A DNA stretch of 64,000 nt from an uncultured Candidatus Peregrinibacteria bacterium (GCA_903854335.1 CAINVY010000011.1:3007-67006), one strand, 5' to 3'; counted from the stretch's first letter, positions 52,213 to 62,191 are shown. Numbers and translations are program-made. The notes: generated by a model from the letters alone, not told the origin.

Positions 52213-52793
52213 TTTCCAAAAAATGGTTCAGGTTTCCCATCGGCTGTTAGCTGATTTGAATCAATGGCAGAGAGAGGAGTAGCCACGCAGGCTTCCAAGA
52301 CGGTCGCTATACCCAGGTGATGCAGTAGGTGTGCAGGAGTTGGCCGGGAGGAACGTTTGTTGGTCACGTGGCCATTCCTATCTCTGCGAACGATGGTGGA
52401 GAAAGAACAGGAATTGTTTGTATGGATTCTTTATGTCTTGATCTCCTATTGGGTGGGGGATCGTGTAATCCTATCTTCGAATTCCGATTACTCAAGGAGT
52501 CTGGGTAGAGGGAACTGCCAGAGAGGATACGAATACAAAATGTGCACATAAATAAACAAATAAAATATGGCTTTTGTAAGCCATAAAAGTCATGAATGAA
52601 TAAATAAATTGACCATTTGGATTATGCTCCTTGCATTCGCATTTATGAACAGTTTTGAACTATTCATCTGTGAAGATTTATTTACTATTCTCTTTCTTTG
52701 TCTGGGCGACAGGAATCGCCTTTCTTTCTCCGGTCTAGAACAACGAAGCGTGTCTACGGTTCGTGGCTCGCTTCCTTTTTATGGAAAAAACCT

Positions 52794-52866
52794 GTGTCAG
52801 CCTGAGGTGCTCCAAGCGAAGCGAGGAGCCACGAAGGCTTGGGCCGCTCGCACCTCACCATGACAC
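52794..52866. repeat. GTGTCA..TGAGGTGCT palindromic element, copy c
   Basis: Same outer arms as copies a and b. The inner hairpin is replaced by GCTCC..GGAGC, so pairing is kept with a different sequence. It abuts the 200-nt element. Confidence 0.85.
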
Positions 52867-52867
52867 G

Positions 52868-53068
52868 CCACCTCCTGGAGCACGGCTCCAACCGATGTGT
52901 GTTTGTTTTTGTGTGCGCCGCAGCGCAATAAAAAAGAAAAATTCCATGGTTCCCACTGGAAATCCCACCATTAACTCCGAAAATTCCACAAATTGTTACC
53001 GTTAGGAGGGTAACGGGGGTGTGGGTGTGTAGGGAACCGAACAAGGTTCCCTCACCCCCCACGAAAGA
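52868..53068. repeat. About 200-nt hairpin-rich element, copy B
   Basis: Collinear with 6126-6330. Ends 5 nt before the glyA stop codon (convergent side). Confidence 0.8.
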
Positions 53069-53073
53069 ATAAA

Positions 53074-54342
53074 TTAATTCCAGTTCATCGGATCGATCCC
53101 GGGACAGGGGAAGCTCTTGCAGAGTTCCTTCACTTCTCCCTTGATGCGCGCGAGGACGTTGTCATCCTTGGCATTCGTGACCGCCTCATTCATCCAGTCG
53201 CCGATCTTCGCCATTTCCGCCTCCTTCATTCCACGCGAGGTGACGGCCGGCGTGCCGATGCGCACGCCCGCGGGGTTGGCCGGCGGGCTTTGATCGAACG
53301 GAATCGTATTCATATTGGCTTCGATCCCGGCTTTTTCGAGCGCGATGGATGCCTCTTTGCCGCTCACGCCCTTGGACTTCGTCGTTTCGAAGAGGATGAG
53401 GTGATTGTCTGTGCCGCCGCTGATGAGGCGGAACTGGTGTCGGATGAGACTCTCGGCAAGCGCCTTCGCATTCGCAACGATTTGCATCGCATACTCCTTG
53501 AATTCGGGTTTTTCCGCTTCCTTGAAGGCAACGGCGATGGCGGCGGTCGTTTGATTGTGCGGGCCACCCTGGAGCCCCGGCATGATCGCTTTGTCGACGG
53601 CCTGAGCGTATTGCGCTTTGCAGACGATGAGGGCGCCCCTGGGACCGCGCAGCGACTTGTGGGAGGTGGTGATGCCGGTGTCCGCCATCGGGAAGGGGCT
53701 GGGATGCGCTCCGCCGAGGATGAGACCGGTGATATGCGAGATGTCGGCATGGAAGAGCGCGCCGACATCGGTGCAGATTTCGCGGAATTTCGCGAAATCA
53801 ATGGTGCGAGGATACGCGGTGTATCCCGCGATGATGAGTTTCGGTTTCACCTCCTTCGCGAGTTTCCAGATGGTGTCGTAATTGAGCATCTCGGTCTTGG
53901 GATCGAGTTCGTAGGGAACGGAGTGATACGTCTTTCCCGAAAAATTCACTTTCCAGCCGTGCGTCAGGTGGCCGCCGTGCGGCAGCGTCAAACCCATGAT
54001 CGTATCTCCGTGCTCGAGGACGGCGTGATAGACGGCCATATTGGCCGGACTGCCTGAGTACGGCTGGACGTTTGCGTGGTCCATGCCGAATGCCTTCTTC
54101 GCCCTCTCGATGGCTATCGTTTCGATTTTGTCTGTGAATTCCTGTCCACCGTAGTACCGCTTTCCCGGATACCCCTCGGAGTACTTGTTCGTGAGGACGC
54201 TTCCGGAGGCTTCGAAGATGGCGCTCGATGCGTAGTTTTCGGAGGGGATGAGCCGGATCGTATCCCATTCTCGTTTCTCTTCTCCGATGATGGCATCGCG
54301 GATCTCGGGATCGGTTTGGGCGAGGGCGGGGAGGTAGGTCAT
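53074..54342 (-). CDS. glyA: Serine hydroxymethyltransferase
   Basis: The internal ATG gives MTYLPALAQTDPEIRDAIIGEEKREW...LIPSENY...TTSHKSLRGPRG (PLP-Lys motif). Confidence 0.95.
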   Translation of the reverse strand: MTYLPALAQTDPEIRDAIIGEEKREWDTIRLIPSENYASSAIFEASGSVLTNKYSEGYPGKRYYGGQEFTDKIETIAIERAKKAFGMDHANVQPYSGSPANMAVYHAVLEHGDTIMGLTLPHGGHLTHGWKVNFSGKTYHSVPYELDPKTEMLNYDTIWKLAKEVKPKLIIAGYTAYPRTIDFAKFREICTDVGALFHADISHITGLILGGAHPSPFPMADTGITTSHKSLRGPRGALIVCKAQYAQAVDKAIMPGLQGGPHNQTTAAIAVAFKEAEKPEFKEYAMQIVANAKALAESLIRHQFRLISGGTDNHLILFETTKSKGVSGKEASIALEKAGIEANMNTIPFDQSPPANPAGVRIGTPAVTSRGMKEAEMAKIGDWMNEAVTNAKDDNVLARIKGEVKELCKSFPCPGIDPMNWN

Positions 54343-54439
54343 GGGAGCGGGGAGGAGATGTATCAAGACTACAGCAGCTGCTATGTCTCGCAAAATATCC
54401 GTGCTGGATTCGTCAAAGGTTCCCTCATCGCTGCCAACA

Positions 54440-55006
54440 TCAATCGTCGGACGCGATGACGCGATCCATGCGTTGGTCGTGGGCGTCTTCGGGGACTTGC
54501 GGAAAAATCTGACACCCGAAGGCGATGCCGAGGAATTGCGTCAGGGGATTTGCGGCTCTCTGCCTTGCGATCCAGGCGTCGTACGCCCCCTTTCCGCGAC
54601 CGACCCTGTGTCCGGCAAGGTCGAATGCGCGTCCCGGGACGAGTGCGAAGCGAAGCGAAGCGGGATCGAGGGGCGGGAGGTGCGGATGGGGTTCTCGAAT
54701 GCCGGCGTGTCCGGGATGGAGTTCTTCTTCGAGGGAAGATACGGCGTGAAACGCGAGAGTGTTCTTCGCGTAGCGCGGGAGATAGAGCGCGCACTTGCGG
54801 CGAAGTGCCTCGTGAAGAATGGGAAGGATGTCCGCTTCATCGCCCATTGGCATGTAGCCGCAAATCTCGAACGTCCCCGGCGGCAGGAGTGCCAGGATTT
54901 TTCGACAGAGATCATCGCTCTTCCTTCGCCGCTCCTCATCACTCATGGTGGCGATACGCGCGGAGGTAATGGAGCGCAGAGCGGTCTTTTCCTCGGAAAT
55001 ACCCAT
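54440..55006 (-). CDS. 5-formyltetrahydrofolate cyclo-ligase
   Basis: 188 aa. YMPMGDEADI... and GRGKGAYD (GxGxGyYD-type) motifs. Located between dnaX and glyA. Confidence 0.75.
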   Translation of the reverse strand: MGISEEKTALRSITSARIATMSDEERRRKSDDLCRKILALLPPGTFEICGYMPMGDEADILPILHEALRRKCALYLPRYAKNTLAFHAVSSLEEELHPGHAGIREPHPHLPPLDPASLRFALVPGRAFDLAGHRVGRGKGAYDAWIARQRAANPLTQFLGIAFGCQIFPQVPEDAHDQRMDRVIASDD

Positions 55007-55025
55007 GATAAATAAGGAAGAGCGA

Positions 55026-56507
55026 TCAGAAGATTTCTGACACTGCGTCCGCGAGATTCACGAGAGCGCTATCGGTGATCGGCGTGGCGTTCTTTTCTTC
55101 CTCAGTCGTACATTCGATGCGGATTTGGCGCTTGAAGTGTTCCGCGAGCAGATGCTCGATCAGATGGTTTGCTTCGTTCTGGGCGACGCGATCGCGATGG
55201 AACTTCGATGCGAAGGCGATAGTCACGCCTTTCTCGCTCACCCCGGTCACGCGTCCGTTCTTGAGGGATTGCTTGAGGGCGGGCGGGGTGGCTTTCGAAA
55301 CGATGTCCGGCCACACCGCAATCATTGTCTGCATCGTGAGGTCCGGCGCCTCGATGATGGCACCCTTCGTTACATGTTCCTTCGCTTCTTGTGCGACCTC
55401 CGTGATCGCTTCCTTCTTTGCTTGCTCGAGCTTCGTCGATTCCACCTGCGCCGATTCTTCAACTTTCTGTTTCTTGGCGTGGCGCGATTCCTTCTTTGTC
55501 GAAGCGTCATCGATGCAGAGCGAGAGCAGGGCAGCCTCGAGCACGAGGGCGGGGACGGGAGCAATGCGCATGTCGCGAACCGTGCGAAGCAGGGCATCGA
55601 GCAGGGTCGTCAGGTGATCGATCGGCTCGTTTGAGGCGATTGCGGCATGCAATCGCACGCGCGCTTCGCCGAGGACTTGCCGCACGAATGTATCCAGAGG
55701 CGTGGCGGTTTCCTCGAGGCGTTGTACGAGGGCGAGGATGTCCTTCCTGTCCGCTTTCTCCCATGCGACGAAGAGCAATTCCACGAACTCCTGCCCCGTT
55801 TCGCCGATGCGCTGCTGGACGTCTTCGAGCGAAATTTTCTCGAGAGAGCGCACCTGGTCAAGCAGGGAGATGGCGTCGCGCATGCCGCCTTGGGCGTGGC
55901 GGGCGATGGCGCGAAGCGCTAAGCGATCGATGGGGATCTTCTCCTGATCGGCGATGAACTGGAGACGCCGGATGATGTCTTCATCGCGGATGAAGCGGAA
56001 CGTGAAACGTTGGCAGCGCGATTGAATTGTTGCGGGGATCTTGTGGAGCTCGGTGGTGCAGAGAATGAAATACGCGTAGGCGGGGGGTTCCTCGAGCGTT
56101 TTTAGGAGCGCATTGAATGCCCCTTTGGAGAGCATGTGCACTTCGTCGATGATGTAGACCTTCGCGCCGGCGGCGACGGGGGAAAATTGCACTTTTTCGA
56201 TAAGATCGCGGATATTGTCGACGCCCGTATTCGAAGCGGCATCGATCTCAATCAAGTCGATGATCGATCCCTCCGCAACGCCCTCTCCGATATGACGTTT
56301 CACCGTCTCATCCGTGACTCCCTGCACCAGGAGATGCTTGGCGAGAATGCGCGCGATTGATGTCTTCCCCGTGCCGCGCGATCCGGAGAAGAGGTACGCG
56401 TGGGAGATCTTCCCCTGTGCGACGGCGTTCTCCAATGTCGTGACGATCGGTTCCTGCCCCACGACATCCGCGAACGTTTGCGGCCGGTAAGTGCGGTAGA
56501 GAGACAT
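55026..56507 (-). CDS. dnaX: DNA polymerase III subunit gamma/tau
   Basis: MSLYRTYRPQTFADVVGQE...GSRGTGKTS...IIDEVHMLS. The ATG at 56507 is preferred. The 56597 start would leave only 12 nt to the divergent gene. Confidence 0.9.
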   Translation of the reverse strand: MSLYRTYRPQTFADVVGQEPIVTTLENAVAQGKISHAYLFSGSRGTGKTSIARILAKHLLVQGVTDETVKRHIGEGVAEGSIIDLIEIDAASNTGVDNIRDLIEKVQFSPVAAGAKVYIIDEVHMLSKGAFNALLKTLEEPPAYAYFILCTTELHKIPATIQSRCQRFTFRFIRDEDIIRRLQFIADQEKIPIDRLALRAIARHAQGGMRDAISLLDQVRSLEKISLEDVQQRIGETGQEFVELLFVAWEKADRKDILALVQRLEETATPLDTFVRQVLGEARVRLHAAIASNEPIDHLTTLLDALLRTVRDMRIAPVPALVLEAALLSLCIDDASTKKESRHAKKQKVEESAQVESTKLEQAKKEAITEVAQEAKEHVTKGAIIEAPDLTMQTMIAVWPDIVSKATPPALKQSLKNGRVTGVSEKGVTIAFASKFHRDRVAQNEANHLIEHLLAEHFKRQIRIECTTEEEKNATPITDSALVNLADAVSEIF

Positions 56508-56609
56508 GAGGGTGGGAGTATAGCGGGTGAGTGGGGGATGGGAGAAGGAAGATGAGGAATCCGGGGTTTCCTTGTCGATCTTCTTCTCCTCTGCCATACT
56601 CTCCGAACT

Positions 56610-57242
56610 ATGAAACGACTCCTCTCCATTCTCCCGGTATTTCTCCTTCTCGCGGCTTGCGTCGACACCACGGGTATCTCCGCGGCAACGAGCAAGGAGC
56701 CTCGCGGCAATCTCAACTCTTCCGTCATAGTGACGGAGTACGGAGATTTCCAGTGCCCGGCGTGCATTGTGGCGAATGATCTCATCACGAAGCCGCTCTT
56801 CCAGAAGTACGCGTCACGCGTACGTTTCGAGTTCAAGCAATTTCCGCTCCTGACCATTCACGAGTTTTCCATGCCGCTTGCGCAGGCGTCGGAGTGTGCC
56901 GCGGATCAGGGGAAGTTCTGGGAATTCGTGGACATGGCATACGGAGAGCAGCTTAAGATGGGTAAGGCGAATCCTCCGCAGACATTCCAAGCGTCCGATA
57001 TCGCCGTTTGGGCCACCAATCTTGGCTTGAACAAGGATCTCTTCGATCGCTGCACGAGTTCCGGGATCAAGCAGAAAGCCATCATGGCGGATTTTGACGC
57101 CGGTCGGAGTATCGGCATCAATGGCACGCCGACATTCCTCGTGAATGATCAGAAGATCGAGAAGAATGATCTTGCTCTCATCAGTGCTGCGATCGACACG
57201 GCATTGAAGACCGCGCCCGCGAAGGCACCGGTCAAACTGTGA
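56610..57242 (+). CDS. DsbA-like thiol:disulfide oxidoreductase lipoprotein
   Basis: Lipobox LLLAAC and the active site GDFQCPAC. Confidence 0.8.
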   Translation: MKRLLSILPVFLLLAACVDTTGISAATSKEPRGNLNSSVIVTEYGDFQCPACIVANDLITKPLFQKYASRVRFEFKQFPLLTIHEFSMPLAQASECAADQGKFWEFVDMAYGEQLKMGKANPPQTFQASDIAVWATNLGLNKDLFDRCTSSGIKQKAIMADFDAGRSIGINGTPTFLVNDQKIEKNDLALISAAIDTALKTAPAKAPVKL

Positions 57243-57248
57243 TCGGCA

Positions 57249-57836
57249 TCATTGCAATTGCACGAAACCGTAGATGCGGCTGAGATCCGTGTCGTAGAGG
57301 ACGGCCGTGCGCAATGCCGTGACGTTCTTTCCGGGGACCGGATATTGCTGTGCGCCGTACGGGGAGGCCAGCTTTCCGAGATCCGTACTCGTTTTGTCGG
57401 GGAATGACCCGTTGCGCGGATCCACCGATTGCGTGAGGTAGAGGTGAAGGGAGGAGCCGGGAACGGTCTCAAAATCCGGCGAGAAGTAGAGGATATTGTT
57501 CAGGAGAAGGACGGAGCCGTTCGTCTGTTCTTTTATTGTCAGAAATTGCCCCTCTTTTCCGCCGTGCATCAGCAGTGAAATGGTTTGTGCTTTTTCGAGC
57601 GCGTTGCGCCTCAGCGTGTCGACGGCGGCCAGTTTCTGCTGATTTCCCACGATGTCCTTATCCTTGTTGATCTGAATATTCACCATGGTTTCGGTGAGAT
57701 CCTCCCAGTAGCGTTGTGCGTAGAGGGGATTGGTCATCATCTTATCGAAGCTTATGGGATTGCTTGTATCGACCGATGTCGCGCAGCCCACTACGGCGAA
57801 CAGTGCGAGGAGAGGGAGGAGAGAAGATGTTTTCAT
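57249..57836 (-). CDS. Lipoprotein with a C-terminal DM13-like domain
   Basis: Lipobox AVVGC. FSPDFETVPGSSLHLYL resembles the DM13 pattern. The family assignment is tentative. Confidence 0.5.
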   Translation of the reverse strand: MKTSSLLPLLALFAVVGCATSVDTSNPISFDKMMTNPLYAQRYWEDLTETMVNIQINKDKDIVGNQQKLAAVDTLRRNALEKAQTISLLMHGGKEGQFLTIKEQTNGSVLLLNNILYFSPDFETVPGSSLHLYLTQSVDPRNGSFPDKTSTDLGKLASPYGAQQYPVPGKNVTALRTAVLYDTDLSRIYGFVQLQ

Positions 57837-57864
57837 AGAAAAAAATGGAAAAAGAAATGGGGTA

Positions 57865-59757
57865 TCAGGCGGCTTTCGAAGACGCTTTGGAAACAGGTTT
57901 CGTCGTGCTTTTGGGAACCGACGTGAGCGGCACAGAAGCGGACATTCTCTGGTAGGGGACGTCCAACTCCTTGAGACGCCGCATGCCAGACTTCAGTGCC
58001 GGTTGTATATGATGGATGATGAATTGAAGGTCTGCAAAGGGAATCTGCTTCTCCACGATGCGTGTCCAATACCACACACTGCGATTGTCCTTGTTCTGCT
58101 TGATGTACTCGACGAGGTTGTAGTTATTCGTCGTCTCATCCACGTTGAGCACCTGCGGGGAACGTGTGTCGTTCGCCGAGCGGCCCGCGGGCTTCTCCGA
58201 TGTATCCGTGGTGAAGTCGTTATTTGCCTGTCCTCTCGGCTGGCCGTGCTTAAGGTGAAGGCGGGTATCTTCCTTGGCTCGTGTGCGCATAGTTTCGTCG
58301 ACTGAGTCCGAGCTGTATCCACGGGTGCGGCACCATTCCCAGTTGTAGTTCATCGTGCAGAGCGCCCATAGCGTCTGATAGTCGCGGCTCATCGCTTCTT
58401 CGAAGCGGACACGGATGCTCTGGTGGGGGATGAGACGCAGCATCTGATGCATCTTTGCCATCACCTCCTTTGCGGCGGGCTTCTCTGAGCTACTCATGGC
58501 TGTTTCGGGGCGGTGTTGCTTCAGGTATTCCTGCATGGAGGAGAGCTTCTTGCGGTCGGTGGGATTGAGACTCTGCCAGGATACTTGCGCGATGAGTGCA
58601 TGCGCTCCCTCCCAGTCTTCGGCGTCGAGTTCGTGTCGGATGCGAAGGAAATCTTCACGTTCTCCTCCGATCATATCCATGGCTTCGAGACGATGCAGTG
58701 CCTCCTGCACGTATGCTTCCCGTTGATCGAAGTTTCGGTTCCCGAGGAAGACATCCAGCGATACGAAATGGAAGCTAGCCGGCGTGCCTTTTTTCTCTCG
58801 TTCCCGCTCCACTCTGTCGAATTGTCCGCGGACTTTCGCCCAATTCTTCATAAGCTTCGCAAGCGTAGGCTCTGTTGCATTGTCTCTTCCGTTGATGAAG
58901 TGCGCGATGTTCTCCCGTGATGCGTTGCTCTCGAAAATACGTCGCAGCCACGAACCGACTTTCTCGGGTGCGAGGATGCGAAGTTTAGGATTGCTCGCAC
59001 TCGCCGCTTTCTCCAGCATCGCCTTCGCATCGCCGAAGAGTGTGCGCATCTCCTTACTCTCGGTTGGTTTCTTCCCTTTGTCTCTCTCGTGTGCCTTCAC
59101 GCATGCGATGGCTTTATCCACGAGGTGGCGCCGTTCGGAATAGTTGAGCGATCCGTTCAGGAAGGCGGCGGAGTGCAGAACGGCAAGATCGGGGATGTCT
59201 TTGGTGTCTTCCTCTTTCAGGCCGAGCCCCTTCTCTCGATTCAGTACGTCTTTGTGATCCTTCGCGAGTCGTTCCCAATTTTGTTTGTACTCGGGCAAGG
59301 TATTTTCGATGAACGCTCGCTTTTCCAACCATGTTCCTTCCTTCAGGCGCGCTCGCCATTTCGCCGCGCTGACGGGGGCTATCCATTTGTTTCGCTCTGC
59401 TTCGTCAATCGACGCGAGTGCTTTTTGTCCTGCATCCTCTGCCTGTCGGATGAATTGCGGGACAAACTGATCGCGGTATTGCATCAGCGTTTGCGTCTTC
59501 TCCTTCTCGGATCGCGCAAAGTGGAGCGCCGCCTCCGAGAGACCCTTGCGGTAAAATTCATTCACGTCGTGCATCGTCATCGCCGAGCGCTCGCTGAGTG
59601 CGCTTCGCATCAGCGCAGTTTGGCACTCATTGCGGATCGTATCGCGGATGACGAAGTGATCTCGTGACGAGGCTCGATCCTCTCGGGATGGGTCTGATTC
59701 TTGGGCAGAACGTGTCTGCGTTGCCCCATCCAGCGACGAAAAATCCCGAAACGCCAT
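57865..59757 (-). CDS. Large hypothetical protein (630 aa)
   Basis: Long clean ORF with an ATG start. Charged sequence whose pattern suggests helices, with a Lys/Ser-rich C-terminus. No recognised motif. Confidence 0.6.
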   Translation of the reverse strand: MAFRDFSSLDGATQTRSAQESDPSREDRASSRDHFVIRDTIRNECQTALMRSALSERSAMTMHDVNEFYRKGLSEAALHFARSEKEKTQTLMQYRDQFVPQFIRQAEDAGQKALASIDEAERNKWIAPVSAAKWRARLKEGTWLEKRAFIENTLPEYKQNWERLAKDHKDVLNREKGLGLKEEDTKDIPDLAVLHSAAFLNGSLNYSERRHLVDKAIACVKAHERDKGKKPTESKEMRTLFGDAKAMLEKAASASNPKLRILAPEKVGSWLRRIFESNASRENIAHFINGRDNATEPTLAKLMKNWAKVRGQFDRVEREREKKGTPASFHFVSLDVFLGNRNFDQREAYVQEALHRLEAMDMIGGEREDFLRIRHELDAEDWEGAHALIAQVSWQSLNPTDRKKLSSMQEYLKQHRPETAMSSSEKPAAKEVMAKMHQMLRLIPHQSIRVRFEEAMSRDYQTLWALCTMNYNWEWCRTRGYSSDSVDETMRTRAKEDTRLHLKHGQPRGQANNDFTTDTSEKPAGRSANDTRSPQVLNVDETTNNYNLVEYIKQNKDNRSVWYWTRIVEKQIPFADLQFIIHHIQPALKSGMRRLKELDVPYQRMSASVPLTSVPKSTTKPVSKASSKAA

Positions 59758-59840
59758 GGTACGACGAGTGTATCACAGCGCCAACATGAGGAAGAAAGTT
59801 CCTCCCAACTTTTCGGCATGTTCTGGTATGCTCGGTTTCC

Positions 59841-60425
59841 ATGATTCTCTGCGACAGGGACATCCGCGATGCAATCGCGAAAGGCAGGGTGAAGATCGAG
59901 CCGTCGGAAGCGGAGGGGGAGTGGCATATCCACGCGTCGAGCATGGATTTGAGGCTCGGCAATGTCTTCAAGCTCTACGAACACAGCGCGTTTGCCATCC
60001 TCGATCCCAAAGCCCCCGAAAGCTTCCTCGGCAACGTGCGCACGGTGACCGTCACCGATGACAAGCCGTTCATCGTGCAGCCCGGCGAGTTCGTCTTGGG
60101 CGTGACGCGGGAGACGATCACGGTGCCGGATGACTTGGTGGTTCGGGTCGAGGGTCGCAGCTCGCTGGGGCGGCTTGGAATCATCGTTCACTCCACCGCC
60201 GGATACGTGGATCCGGGATTCTCGGGCACGATTACGCTCGAAATCAGCAATTTGAATCGACTTCCGGTCGCGCTCTATCCTGGTATGCGCGTCTGCCAGA
60301 TCGCGTTTGAGCAATTGTCGGGCCCCGCGGACATGCCCTACAACAAGAAACCGGGGAGTAAGTACCAGGGGCAGTCGTTGCCGGAGGAGAGCCGGCTTTC
60401 CATGGATCCGGAATTTCAATCGTAG
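59841..60425 (+). CDS. dcd: dCTP deaminase
   Basis: MILCDRDI...VEGRSSLGRLGIIVHSTAGYVDPGFSGTITLEISN. Confidence 0.92.
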   Translation: MILCDRDIRDAIAKGRVKIEPSEAEGEWHIHASSMDLRLGNVFKLYEHSAFAILDPKAPESFLGNVRTVTVTDDKPFIVQPGEFVLGVTRETITVPDDLVVRVEGRSSLGRLGIIVHSTAGYVDPGFSGTITLEISNLNRLPVALYPGMRVCQIAFEQLSGPADMPYNKKPGSKYQGQSLPEESRLSMDPEFQS

Positions 60426-60426
60426 A

Positions 60427-60543
60427 GCAGTGTCACCCTGAGGAGCTCCGAAGGAGCGTCACGAAGGGGGCACGTCTTCATGGCAGTCGGTCGCATTTCG
60501 TGACGCCCCGCATGCGCGGGGCTCCTCAATGTGACACGACTGC
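60427..60543. repeat. Long palindromic element related to the GTGTCA family, copy d
   Basis: GCAGTGTCACCCTGAGGAGC...GCTCCTCAATGTGACACGACTGC outer arms enclosing two inner hairpins. Starts 2 nt after the dcd stop. Confidence 0.75.
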
Positions 60544-60584
60544 TCGTGCCTCATCGAAAAATACTGCTATTATGTGTGCGACGT

Positions 60585-60661
60585 GGACGATTAGCTCAGC
60601 TGGTTAGAGCGTGCGATTCACATTCGCAAGGTCACTGGTTCGAATCCAGTATCGTCCACCA
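60585..60661 (+). tRNA. tRNA-Val (CAC), CCA encoded
   Basis: Acceptor stem GGACGAT/ATCGTCC. D arm GCTCAGCTGGTTAGAGC. Anticodon stem TGCGA/TCGCA with loop TTCACAT. T arm ACTGGTTCGAATCCAGT. Confidence 0.92.
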
Positions 60662-60704
60662 CGCCTTTTTGGCTTACTAAGGACAAAAATGTTTTCCGAA
60701 ATTA

Positions 60705-60713
60705 TGGTATAAT
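60705..60713 (+). promoter_or_regulatory. Extended -10 (TGgTATAAT) 9 nt before an ATG, predicting a leaderless mRNA
   Basis: The same 9-mer as at 10217-10225. The ATG is at 60723. Confidence 0.5.
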
Positions 60714-60722
60714 ACTTATGAC

Positions 60723-61367
60723 ATGAAACAAAATAATGAAATCAAAGTGCTGTATGGCGGGGAAGCATCCGAGAGAATGGAGGGTCAGGATACTCGGCTT
60801 CTGGAATTTATTCTGAGTTTTCCTAGTGTGCGCCAAAGGCTTAATGCTTTGCTTACAGACCAGCAAAGGGAATCGATTATTGAAGGGTACATGCAGCGGG
60901 AGCGGGTAGCATTTCGAGAGGGAAGATCTGCAGTCGCTACAATGGATGGCGAAGTTGTTGCGAAAGCAACTCACGAGTCTATTGGCGTATGGAATGATGG
61001 GAGGCCTGTGTACGAAATAGGTGGCGTTGTGACGCTGGAAGATGAACGATTCCGAGGCAAACACCTGTCATCTCTTGTGCAAGATCGATGCATGCAAGAA
61101 GTCATTCTCCAAGATCCGCTGGCATTGTTCCTTGTTGTCACATCGAACCTCTCGCTTATAGCAAGATATTCTCAGTGGGGACACGAGAAGCTAGGCCTTT
61201 GTACAGAAATAGGCGTGGAGGGCTGGACGCAGATTCTTCGTAGAAGAAATGGTGTGTCCAAAAGCATGACTACTGCTGAGATTATGAGAGTTAGGAAGCA
61301 ATATCCTGATCATAGATCTTTTCTTATTGATATGAGACAAGGGAAAAAACAGGAGGTTCAGCAATAA
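60723..61367 (+). CDS. Hypothetical protein, weak GNAT-like motif
   Basis: 214 aa, lower G+C. VVTLEDERFRGKHLSSLV loosely resembles GNAT motif A. Tentative. Confidence 0.4.
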   Translation: MKQNNEIKVLYGGEASERMEGQDTRLLEFILSFPSVRQRLNALLTDQQRESIIEGYMQRERVAFREGRSAVATMDGEVVAKATHESIGVWNDGRPVYEIGGVVTLEDERFRGKHLSSLVQDRCMQEVILQDPLALFLVVTSNLSLIARYSQWGHEKLGLCTEIGVEGWTQILRRRNGVSKSMTTAEIMRVRKQYPDHRSFLIDMRQGKKQEVQQ

Positions 61368-61494
61368 CAATAGCAGCATAGCAAAGAAAAGCCTTCCTCC
61401 ATCCGTTTGTTTGCGACGCAAATCTGATTCAGCACGTCGTACGGGCTCGTCCACCAATTGTCTTTGCTCAGACAAAAAATTCTGTTTTGAGAAG

Positions 61495-62007
61495 TTAAGA
61501 ACAGGTACAGCTTGTTGAAGTGATGGGCTTATTTTTGCTTGTGTCGCAATTGTTTGAATCCGTGCAGGTTCTGGTTTTCGTTGCGGTGGAGGATCCGATG
61601 ACGCAGGCACTCCATCCGCCGCAGGTCCATTTTGGAGTACAAGTACATGATCGTGATAGGGCTCCAGTACCAGTAGAAGGGGAGCATTTGCTTGCATTCC
61701 TATCAACGGCAGTTCTGACCTGAGAGCCAGTACCGCTATGCACGTTGTTGCAAGGACCCCAATTCGAATAATGCCAACTAGCATGACAAGCGCAACTTCC
61801 AGAAGCAGTTCGAGGTACGTTTGTAGGAGGACTGCAATTATTTGTATCCGTGCAGGTTTGAGTGTGCCACGAATTTAAACAAATCCCATATGCACATGAC
61901 CAATGCGACGTGCAGGTGGCAGCTGCTTTTGTCACCGTGAAAGCCGCAACAGCCACGGCGAAAAGAACAAAAACTATCGAGAAGAGTGGGGAAAATCGAA
62001 TCCGCAT
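61495..62007 (-). CDS. Secreted Cys-rich protein with three thrombospondin-type-1-like repeats
   Basis: Signal/anchor segment followed by three repeats of C..W.C..W..C...(Q/K)TRTC.D.NNC....SC (for example KWTCGGWSACVIGSSTATKTRTCTDSNNC). Confidence 0.6.
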   Translation of the reverse strand: MRIRFSPLFSIVFVLFAVAVAAFTVTKAAATCTSHWSCAYGICLNSWHTQTCTDTNNCSPPTNVPRTASGSCACHASWHYSNWGPCNNVHSGTGSQVRTAVDRNASKCSPSTGTGALSRSCTCTPKWTCGGWSACVIGSSTATKTRTCTDSNNCDTSKNKPITSTSCTCS

Positions 62008-62191
62008 AGGTGAGTGAAAAATTCGGAGAAATTTTACATCCGATTATGTATTTGTATAGATTAAATGATTTGGCTTCTCGTGCCTCCTCCATCTTGCCAA
62101 TGAACAGGTATCACACGTGAATCTCAGTGCGGACGTCGTACAGAGACTCCCGACGTCTTGAAAAATACAAATACTGTGCTATAAATGTACT

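Noticed and set aside
52540-52700. AT-rich stretch as a replication origin. A perfect DnaA box, TTATCCACA, at 46125-46133 was also considered.
   Set aside because: I saw no DnaA boxes in the AT-rich stretch, and no dnaA or dnaN gene is nearby. The single perfect box lies inside gyrA coding sequence and is most simply chance.
55026-56507. Programmed -1 frameshift site in dnaX (gamma/tau)
   Set aside because: I found no A-AAA-AAG-type slippery heptamer on the coding strand.
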